The position numbers were made by a program, and so were the translations under genes. Shown in pieces: positions 55,231-62,358 of a stretch of 64,000 nt of DNA (the stretch's first letter is position 1; each line of letters starts with the position of its first letter). Origin of the DNA: Patescibacteria group bacterium (lineage in GTDB: Bacteria > Patescibacteriota > Microgenomatia > UBA12405). Below the pieces are notes generated by a model. The model saw nothing but the letters and a program-made list of their open reading frames with translations, was not told where the DNA came from and did no database searches. Location of the stretch: the NCBI GenBank assembly GCA_018902845.1, contig JAHIPV010000020.1, forward strand, positions 74,810-138,809, read 5' to 3'.

Positions 55231-57393
55231 TTATAATCTGATTTGGTCGGCGATGGATTGCATAGATAGAAAACAGACTTCGATGAATTTGTCGATGGGA
55301 ATATTTAGACCATCTTTTTTTTCACACAGCATTACTTCTTCTCTTCTGGTGCCGGCGGCAAAACGTGGTTCCTTTTTGAAGCGTTTAGTAATAGATGAGA
55401 GTTTGACATCAGCTAGTTTTTTGGAAGGATATACGAGAGCTACGGCAACAATTAAACCCGTTAGAGAATCAGCGCAAAGAATGGCCCACTTGGCTTTTGA
55501 GTCGTATTTTATTTTTTCTCTACCATCATGAGCCAGAACTATTTGATGAACAAGGTCAGAAATTTCCAGATTGTGTTTGGCTAAAATTTGTTTGGTATTA
55601 GCCGGGTGTTGGTCTTTTAACTCTCCTGAATAATCAATATCGTGAACCAGTCCGGCCAAAAGCCAATCTTCTTTGCTTGGTTCGTTGTCGTCAATATGAT
55701 TGTTTTCTTTTAGATAGTCGTAAATTCCACCCATACAGGCTTCGAGGGTCAAAGAGTGAAAAAAGATATTTGTTTCCAGTTCGCTTTTTACTGCGTTTAG
55801 GTATTTTTGACGATTGGGATAGTTTTTCTTAGTTGACTTAGTCATAGTAACTTTAGTTTGTGTTTTAGGTTTAGTCGTTCTTGATTTTTTTTTCTGTTTG
55901 ATCTTTGGTTTCATTAGTGGGAAGGCGATAATTTCTCGAATAGATTTGGAATCTGTAAATAGTTTTATTAATCTGTCGATTCCAATGGCGATACCACAAG
56001 TGGGCGGAAAACCCTGTTCAATGGCTTCTAGATAATCATAATCTATTTGGTGTGCTTCTTCGAATCCAGCTTCTTCTCTTTTCTTCTCTTCAATAAATCT
56101 TTTTTTTAAGTCAACTGCATCGGTTAATTCAGAGTAATTGTTTCCTAATTCTGAACCAAAAGCAAACATTTCAAATCTTTGCGTAAATCGAGGATCTTTG
56201 CATTTTTTTGCCAAAGGAGAAATTTCAACGGGGTAATCATAAATTATAATCGGTTGTATTAATTTTTCTTCTACTAATTCTTCAAAGGTAAAATTTATAA
56301 TTTCACCGATAGATGTCATGGCCGAAAGTTCTTTGTGTTTAGTTTCATTTAGTTTTATATTCTGCAATGAATTTCTTGCATCTTTTACTGTTTTCCATGT
56401 TAGGGGATCGATTTTTGTGTATTTTTGTATTGCCTCCACTAATCTCAACTTCTCCCATGGACGTTTAAAACTGAACTTTTTTCCTTGATATTTTAATTCA
56501 GTGGTGCCAAGAACTTTTATGGCGGCATGTTCGATGATTTTTTCAATAAGATCCATACCGTATTTGTAATCTTTAAACGCTATCATTGCCTCAAACATGG
56601 TGAATTCGGGATTATGTTGTTGATCTATGCCTTCATTTCTAAATACTTTTGTAATCTCATAAACTTTTTCAAAACCCCCAACAATAAGTCTTTTTAAATA
56701 CATTTCATCAGAAATTCGTAAATAAAACTGAGAATTTAGAGCGTTATGATGGGTAGTAAAAGGTCTAGCAAAAGCACCTCCATAAATTGGTTGCAAAACT
56801 GGAGTTTCTACCTCAATAAATCCTTTTTTTTCTAAAAAATTTCTGATAGAACTGACAACATTGCTTCTAATTCTTAAGGAATTTCTAACTTTTGAATCAA
56901 GTAAAATATCTAAATATCTTTTTCGAAAACGTTCTTCGGTGTCTTTTAGGCCGTGCCATTTGTCAGGTAAGGGACGAAGTGCTTTTGTCAGAAGTTGAAA
57001 ATCTTTTATATCAATAGTAATTTCTCCAGCCGAAGTTTTGATCACTTTTCCTTCAACACCAATAAAGTCTCCTCTGTCTATTAATTTAAGTATTTTAAAT
57101 TTATCCTTACCTAAGTTTTTTTCCTGAAAAAAAAGTTGGATTTTACCTGTTTCGTCTTGAATATCAGCAAAAAGAATTCGACCATGGCCACGTAAACTCA
57201 TTAATCTGCCGGCGGTTTTGACTTGCTTGTTTAAATTTTGGCAACAGTACGAGACGCTGTGTTTTTTGTCGTAAGAATTAGGGTAAGGATCAATGCCTAG
57301 TTCTTTAAGTTTTTTTATTTTTTCTAAACGGAGGTTACGGATTTGACGCAGTTTTGTCTGGTTCATTATCTTAATTTTACACGATTGAGGCAA
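55231..57393 (-). CDS. lysS: Class II lysyl-tRNA synthetase fused to a C-terminal ~220-aa HD-type domain
   Basis: LysRS motifs (FRNEG, GGAFARPF, GIAIGIDRL, ending FPLMKPK at ~aa 500), then a K-rich linker and a domain with H..HD..H..H..D spacing (FFHSL, LVHDIDY, LVHQIV, LAHDG, CADSL). Confidence 0.8.
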   Translation of the reverse strand: MPQSCKIKIMNQTKLRQIRNLRLEKIKKLKELGIDPYPNSYDKKHSVSYCCQNLNKQVKTAGRLMSLRGHGRILFADIQDETGKIQLFFQEKNLGKDKFKILKLIDRGDFIGVEGKVIKTSAGEITIDIKDFQLLTKALRPLPDKWHGLKDTEERFRKRYLDILLDSKVRNSLRIRSNVVSSIRNFLEKKGFIEVETPVLQPIYGGAFARPFTTHHNALNSQFYLRISDEMYLKRLIVGGFEKVYEITKVFRNEGIDQQHNPEFTMFEAMIAFKDYKYGMDLIEKIIEHAAIKVLGTTELKYQGKKFSFKRPWEKLRLVEAIQKYTKIDPLTWKTVKDARNSLQNIKLNETKHKELSAMTSIGEIINFTFEELVEEKLIQPIIIYDYPVEISPLAKKCKDPRFTQRFEMFAFGSELGNNYSELTDAVDLKKRFIEEKKREEAGFEEAHQIDYDYLEAIEQGFPPTCGIAIGIDRLIKLFTDSKSIREIIAFPLMKPKIKQKKKSRTTKPKTQTKVTMTKSTKKNYPNRQKYLNAVKSELETNIFFHSLTLEACMGGIYDYLKENNHIDDNEPSKEDWLLAGLVHDIDYSGELKDQHPANTKQILAKHNLEISDLVHQIVLAHDGREKIKYDSKAKWAILCADSLTGLIVAVALVYPSKKLADVKLSSITKRFKKEPRFAAGTRREEVMLCEKKDGLNIPIDKFIEVCFLSMQSIADQIRL

Positions 57394-57844
57394 TAGAAAC
57401 GATTTTGTAAGTTAATTTGCCAATTGGAGCTTCAAAGTCTATGCTTTCGTTGACTTTTTTACCTAACAAAGCTTCCCCCAATGGGGATTGATCCGAAATC
57501 ATTTGTCGAGCCGGATCAGCTTCGTATTTGCTGACGATAAAAAATTCTTTTTCGGCTTTGTCCTGCAATTTGATTCTGACTTTGGTACCAATTTCAACTT
57601 GGTTTGTATTAATGTTTCCGCTTATTATTTTGGCGATGGCCAAAACTTCTTCAAGTTTTTCTAGCTTGGAGCTAATTAATGCCAATTCCTCTTTTAACTG
57701 AACAGCCAAACCATCTTCTCCGGACTCATCCGGCTGAGCTACTTCCTCTATTCGAGAAACTAAAAGATCTTTTTTGGATTTTAATTCCTGTAACTCCTGG
57801 CTTAGTTTTTCGAAGCCCTTTTGTGTTAGTAATATTTGGTTCAT
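57377..57844 (-). CDS. greA: Transcription elongation factor GreA
   Basis: N-terminal coiled coil and a C-terminal FKBP-like domain at 155 aa. It overlaps lysS by 17 nt. Confidence 0.8.
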   Translation of the reverse strand: MNQILLTQKGFEKLSQELQELKSKKDLLVSRIEEVAQPDESGEDGLAVQLKEELALISSKLEKLEEVLAIAKIISGNINTNQVEIGTKVRIKLQDKAEKEFFIVSKYEADPARQMISDQSPLGEALLGKKVNESIDFEAPIGKLTYKIVSIASIV

Positions 57845-58029
57845 CTTTATTTAAAAAATTAAAACCTCTCCTTTTTTAAACTTAGACGGTTGTTTTTTTT
57901 GACAACCCTCTTAAGCTTTAATAGAGAGGCGAATAGTGTTGACGCAAAACAAAATCCCAAAATTGGGTGTGTAGAGTTTTTTCTCTTTGTTGTTGCTTTT
58001 TAGCGTCATGGTAGTGATGTTAGAATAGA

Positions 58030-58803
58030 ATGAACATTTTGTCAATGCTTTTTAAATTTAAAATAATGGAAATATTGGAATTTTTTAGAGTTACACCACA
58101 TAAGCGAAAAGTTAAAATCAAGGGGAAATCAGGTGTGATTTTTAGTAACCCATCTGGTGTAAAAAGACATATTTTTTACGTATCAAACTTGTTGTTGGTT
58201 TTTCTGTTGTTTTACGCTTTTTATTTATATGGACCTCTGGTTAGAGTTATTTTTAAATATCATTTCGATAAAACGAACCTGAATTTGCAACCCAAGCCAA
58301 CAGTTAAGCCAATAACAAGTGTAGAGTTGCAACCTACAATCAGAGAGATAAAAAAAATTGAAAGTTTTAAGATAAGAATAGATAAAATTGGAGCCGTGGC
58401 TGATGTAAAGGTTGGTGTTTCCCCTTTTGATGAGAAAAAATTTAAAGAAGTTTTGAGTGAAGGATGGATTGTTCATGCCAAGGGAAGTGCTTTGCCTGGA
58501 AGCGGTAAAGGTAAAATGTCATATATTTTTGCTCATTCTACCGAACTGGGAGCAGGGTCGGTACGAAAAAATTCAACTTTTTATTTGCTTGGTGAAATGG
58601 AAGATGACGATGAGATTATTGTGGATATTGACGGGAAGGAATATGTTTATAGGGTTTATGATAAAAAAGTAGTGGAAGGAGGAGAAACTGAATATCTTAG
58701 TTACAGTGATGCAAGTAGAGATGTTTTGATACTTCAGACCTGCTGGCCGATTGGAACCAATTGGAAGAGACTGCTGGTGTTTGGAGAACTGGTAAATTTT
58801 TAA
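58030..58803 (+). CDS. Sortase-family transpeptidase-like protein
   Basis: N-terminal TM, a conserved His (YIFAHST) and a C-terminal LILQTCWP that matches the sortase TLxTC active-site motif. Confidence 0.45.
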   Translation: MNILSMLFKFKIMEILEFFRVTPHKRKVKIKGKSGVIFSNPSGVKRHIFYVSNLLLVFLLFYAFYLYGPLVRVIFKYHFDKTNLNLQPKPTVKPITSVELQPTIREIKKIESFKIRIDKIGAVADVKVGVSPFDEKKFKEVLSEGWIVHAKGSALPGSGKGKMSYIFAHSTELGAGSVRKNSTFYLLGEMEDDDEIIVDIDGKEYVYRVYDKKVVEGGETEYLSYSDASRDVLILQTCWPIGTNWKRLLVFGELVNF

Positions 58804-58850
58804 TTTCTAATTTTTAATTTTTAAATAAATTCAAAACTTTTTTATTTTAT

Positions 58851-58920
58851 TCGTCATTCTGAGTGTAGCGAAGAATCCCAAGGGGATCCTTCGTCCGACT
58901 GATCGGACTCAGGATGACGG
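58851..58920. repeat. Tandem pair of family-B modules between the sortase-like gene and tyrS
   Basis: tcgtcattctgagtgtagcgaagaatcccaaggggatccttcgtccgactgatcggactcaggatgacgg. Confidence 0.85.
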
Positions 58921-58932
58921 TGTGTGTGCCGT

Positions 58933-58970
58933 TCCCCCTGCGGGCGACCGCAAGGGTCGCCCCTACAATT
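58933..58970. repeat. Hybrid family-C/family-A repeat in the tyrS leader
   Basis: ccccctgcgggcgaccgcaagggtcgcccctacaatt. Confidence 0.85.
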
Positions 58971-58997
58971 GTTTTTCTAATAAGCTATAATCCGGTT

Positions 58998-60131
58998 ATG
59001 ACTGTTGATGAAAGATTGAAATTAATTACCAGAAATTGTCAGGAGGTGTTGGTTGAGAAGGAGTTGAAGGAATTGCTGGGAAATGGGACAGAGTTGAAGC
59101 ACTATATCGGTTTTGAAATTTCGGGAATGGTGCATTTGGGGACTGGGTTGATTTCGATGGGTAAAATTGCTGATTTTGTAAAAGCCGGAGTTAAATGTCA
59201 AATTTTTTTGGCTGATTTTCATTCTTATTTAAATAATAAATTAGGCGGAAATTGGGAAAATATTCGCTGGGCAACAGAAAATTATTTTAAAGAGGGACTG
59301 ATTGCTTCTTTAAAATGTTTTGGGGTTGATGAAAGCCAAATTGAATTTATTACCGGAAAAGAATTGTACACAGATAATATTGTCCACTGGGAAACTTTTA
59401 TGGAAGTGGGTAAGCATGTGACTTTGTCACGAAATTTAAGATCAATTTCGATTATGGGAAAAATGCAGGGCAAGGATGTTGATATGGCCACTCTTTTTTA
59501 TCCCCCGCTTCAGGTAGCTGACATTTTTACTATGGGGGTTAATTTAGCTCATGCCGGAACGGACCAAAGAAAAGCTCATGTGATAGCTCGACAAGTGGCA
59601 AAGAAATTGATAATTAATCCGCTTAAAAATGCCAAAGGTAAAGTAATAGCACCGATTGCTATCCACCAAAATTTGATTGCTGGATTAAGCGGACCGACTA
59701 CAGGCGAGAATAGTGAAGAAAGTTTAAAAATGAGTAAGTCAAAACCAGGTAGTGCTATTTTTGTACACGATACTGCTGATGAAATCAGAGAAAAAGTCAA
59801 AAAAGCTTATGGGCCACCAAAAGAGATTGAGTTTAATCCGTTGATTAATTGGATGGAAAATTTGGTTTTTTGGGGAGAAGGTGAAAGTAAGGACGGACTT
59901 AAGGTGAAAAGGGCTGAAAGATTTGGAGGGGATGTAAGTTATTATAAAATTGCTGATTTGATAGATGATTATAAAAGTGAAAAATTACATCCGATGGATT
60001 TAAAGAGTGCATTAAGCGAGTGGTTGGTTGAAAAACTAGAACCGGCCAGAAAGCATTTTGAAAGTGAAAAGGCTAAAAAAGGGTTGGAAAAGATGAGAAA
60101 GTTGATGCTGTCATCACAAGGAACGAAGTGA
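58998..60131 (+). CDS. tyrS: Tyrosyl-tRNA synthetase, archaeal/eukaryotic type
   Basis: HYIGFEISGMVHLG (HIGH-like), KMSKS, and a C-terminal RAERFGGD..LHPMDLK..LEPARK collinear with the archaeal-type TyrRS. The start is placed at the internal Met because the upstream 28 codons are repeat 58933..58970. Confidence 0.8.
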   Translation: MTVDERLKLITRNCQEVLVEKELKELLGNGTELKHYIGFEISGMVHLGTGLISMGKIADFVKAGVKCQIFLADFHSYLNNKLGGNWENIRWATENYFKEGLIASLKCFGVDESQIEFITGKELYTDNIVHWETFMEVGKHVTLSRNLRSISIMGKMQGKDVDMATLFYPPLQVADIFTMGVNLAHAGTDQRKAHVIARQVAKKLIINPLKNAKGKVIAPIAIHQNLIAGLSGPTTGENSEESLKMSKSKPGSAIFVHDTADEIREKVKKAYGPPKEIEFNPLINWMENLVFWGEGESKDGLKVKRAERFGGDVSYYKIADLIDDYKSEKLHPMDLKSALSEWLVEKLEPARKHFESEKAKKGLEKMRKLMLSSQGTK

Positions 60132-60198
60132 TCTTCCAGAAGCGGACACGTTGTCATGACTGCGGGCGACCGCAAGGGTCGCCCCTACAAAAGAAGCG
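60124..60198. repeat. Family-A repeat between convergent tyrS and uvrC, overlapping both stop codons
   Basis: ttccagaagcggacacgttgtcatgactgcgggcgaccgcaagggtcgcccctacaaaagaagcgac. Confidence 0.9.
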
Positions 60199-61651
60199 AC
60201 ATTAATTCTTTGCGGTATTTATTGGCAAAGCGGTGAGATTCGTCGCGAAGGTGACGGAGAAGATTTAAGGCTTGAGAGTTTTTTGGAAGGTTGATTTGTT
60301 GAAATGAATTTTTTGTTTTTATGACTATAGTTTCGTCGCTTTTGGCAAGGCCGATTAAGACGATGTGGTTTGTTTTTTTCCGACGGAATTTTCCAGAGGC
60401 AGGCAGGTTGCCATGATTGCGGGCGACCGCAAGGGTCGCCCCTACAAAAGAATTTGCAATGACAGAATGGGTGACAGTTACCTGAGGTTTGCCACCGTCG
60501 ACAAGGATGATGTTAGGAAATTGCCATTCGGGGTGGTTTAGACGGCGGGAAACGAGTTGTGAAATCATTAAGGCGTCGTTTTGTTGAAGTCTGTTGTCAT
60601 CCTGAGAAAGCTTGCGACCGAAGGATCCCGTGGGAATTTTTGACTCCAACGGGATTCTTCGTCTCCCTGCGGGTGACTCAGAATGACGGGAGAGAGGTTT
60701 CGGGTGACGATAATGGCGGATTTTGAATTTGCGGTATTGAGACTTGTCTATAAAACCTTCTTGAAAAACAACCATAGAACCGACAAAATATTTGTTTCCT
60801 AAATTAGATATATCATAAGCTTCGATGCGGTTGACTGATTTTAGCTTAGGAAAATAGGGCAAAAGGATTGTTTTGAGTTCGTTTAGAGCCGAATTGGTCT
60901 TGTCACTAGCAAGATTAATGGATTGAAAAAGATTGTTTAAATTTTTCCAGCCATCAGTGATGTATTTTAATGATTCAATCTGATCACGTAAGCTTATGGC
61001 TTTTTCGTAATTTTGGGTTTTGGAGGCTTGGCGCATTTGTGTTTCCAGCGACTTGACTAGATTTTTGATTTGGCCGTTTAGGATTTTTTTGATATACCCA
61101 ATGGTCCTTCTGTATTGTTTGGCATTTGGACTAGGACCAGGGCATAGATTTAGATGGCAGTAAAGACAATTTTTTGGATGAGTCTGGTGATAATCTCTGA
61201 ATGGGAAAATTTTTCTGATTGTTTTTAGCAGAGTGCGGACAGAAGATGAGTTGGGAAAAGGACCATAAAGATGTGAAGTGGTTTTTGTTTTGGTTAATTT
61301 GTTTTTGTGAGTAGCAAAAATTCTGGGAATTAACTCTTTGGTGATAACTATATAAATATAGTTTTTGTCGTCTTTGAGCTGAGAGTTGTATTTGGGTTTG
61401 TGTTTTTTGATTAAGTTGGCTTCAAGAACTAGAGCTTCGATTTCTGAACCAACTGTTTTGTAGCTGATGTTACTGATTTGTGAAATTAATTGGCGGGTTT
61501 TTGGACCCAGAGTATTGTTTTTTTGGAAATATTGGGAAATGCGGTTTTTTAGATTTATGGCCTTGCCAATGTAAATTATTTCTTTTTTTGAATTTTTGAA
61601 AATATAAACGCCGGGAGAGGTGGGAAAAGAGCTTGTGTCTTTTTTGTTCAT
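60185..61651 (-). CDS. uvrC: Excinuclease ABC subunit C (no HhH domain), with two in-frame repeat insertions
   Basis: N-terminal GIY-YIG (GVYIFKNSKKEIIYIGKAINLKNR..YF), a UVR domain and an EndoV-like domain. Inserts at 60380..60466 (SFVGATLAVARNHGN) and 60595..60690. The stop is provided by repeat 60124..60198. Confidence 0.8.
   Translation of the reverse strand: MNKKDTSSFPTSPGVYIFKNSKKEIIYIGKAINLKNRISQYFQKNNTLGPKTRQLISQISNISYKTVGSEIEALVLEANLIKKHKPKYNSQLKDDKNYIYIVITKELIPRIFATHKNKLTKTKTTSHLYGPFPNSSSVRTLLKTIRKIFPFRDYHQTHPKNCLYCHLNLCPGPSPNAKQYRRTIGYIKKILNGQIKNLVKSLETQMRQASKTQNYEKAISLRDQIESLKYITDGWKNLNNLFQSINLASDKTNSALNELKTILLPYFPKLKSVNRIEAYDISNLGNKYFVGSMVVFQEGFIDKSQYRKFKIRHYRHPKPLSRHSESPAGRRRIPLESKIPTGSFGRKLSQDDNRLQQNDALMISQLVSRRLNHPEWQFPNIILVDGGKPQVTVTHSVIANSFVGATLAVARNHGNLPASGKFRRKKTNHIVLIGLAKSDETIVIKTKNSFQQINLPKNSQALNLLRHLRDESHRFANKYRKELMSLLL
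60380..60466. repeat. Family-A repeat inside the uvrC coding sequence
   Basis: ccgacggaattttccagaggcaggcaggttgccatgattgcgggcgaccgcaagggtcgcccctacaaaagaatttgcaatgacag. Confidence 0.9.
60595..60690. repeat. Two family-B modules in opposite orientations inside the uvrC coding sequence
   Basis: tgtcatcctgagaaagcttgcgaccgaaggatccc ... ccaacgggattcttcgtctccctgcgggtgactcagaatgacggg. Confidence 0.85.
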
Positions 61652-61839
61652 TTCTTAATTGTGAGTTTTTTAGCGGTTGGACTGACAATAAAACCAAAAC
61701 TAAGATTTCCTTTTACAAATTCTCTTAAAAATACACGAGTTAGTTCTTGTAAAGAAGAAAAACCCATATTTAGGGCTATTTTGGTTACATTATCTTTTAA
61801 AGTTTTATTGATTGGAACTTGAAGTACTGTATTATTCAT
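61648..61839 (-). CDS. DinJ/RelB-like antitoxin-fold small DNA-binding protein
   Basis: 63 aa with NVTKIALNMGFSSLQELTRVFLREFV, resembling the ribbon-helix-helix of DinJ/RelB. It overlaps the uvrC start by 4 nt and has no cognate toxin in-window. Confidence 0.35.
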   Translation of the reverse strand: MNNTVLQVPINKTLKDNVTKIALNMGFSSLQELTRVFLREFVKGNLSFGFIVSPTAKKLTIKK

Positions 61840-61923
61840 ATATTACGATTATATTATGTTTATAATACTTGTCAAGAATTGAGTTTTTTGTGCTAGAATA
61901 AAAATGTTGAATAAAGTTATTTT

Positions 61924-62358
61924 TTGAAAAATATTAAAAATATGCCAAAAGTAGAAAATCATGTTAATAGACTTACGGCGGACATGAGAGGGAATGATTG
62001 GAAGGTAGAGGATGGTCAAGAGTCTAGGTTAAGGGATAGATTTGGTGAAGAAATGAAAACATTTATGCCTTGGCTAGATTCATCTTTGTTTGGTCCTTGG
62101 ACAGATCCGCAAACTATCTGTACCAGACACACAAACAGAAGGAAAAGGGCACAGTTGAGAGAAATGAATGAGAAAAGATGGACAAGAGAGATAATTATTA
62201 GTGATGATGCTGTAGATGATTTCGTTGTTGCTTTTGATATTATGGCTCCAGACGAAGGGAAAAGGATTTTTGGATATGTAGACAGAGAAGGTAACTTTAT
62301 TGCACAATTTGGAAAAGGTGGTGCGTTTTGTATGGTTACTATGCAAAAATCAAACTAA
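61924..62358 (+). CDS. Hypothetical protein
   Basis: 144-aa ORF on the rare plus strand, locally GC-richer than its surroundings. An extended -10 (TGcTAGAAT) lies ~40 nt upstream. Confidence 0.35.
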   Translation: MKNIKNMPKVENHVNRLTADMRGNDWKVEDGQESRLRDRFGEEMKTFMPWLDSSLFGPWTDPQTICTRHTNRRKRAQLREMNEKRWTREIIISDDAVDDFVVAFDIMAPDEGKRIFGYVDREGNFIAQFGKGGAFCMVTMQKSN

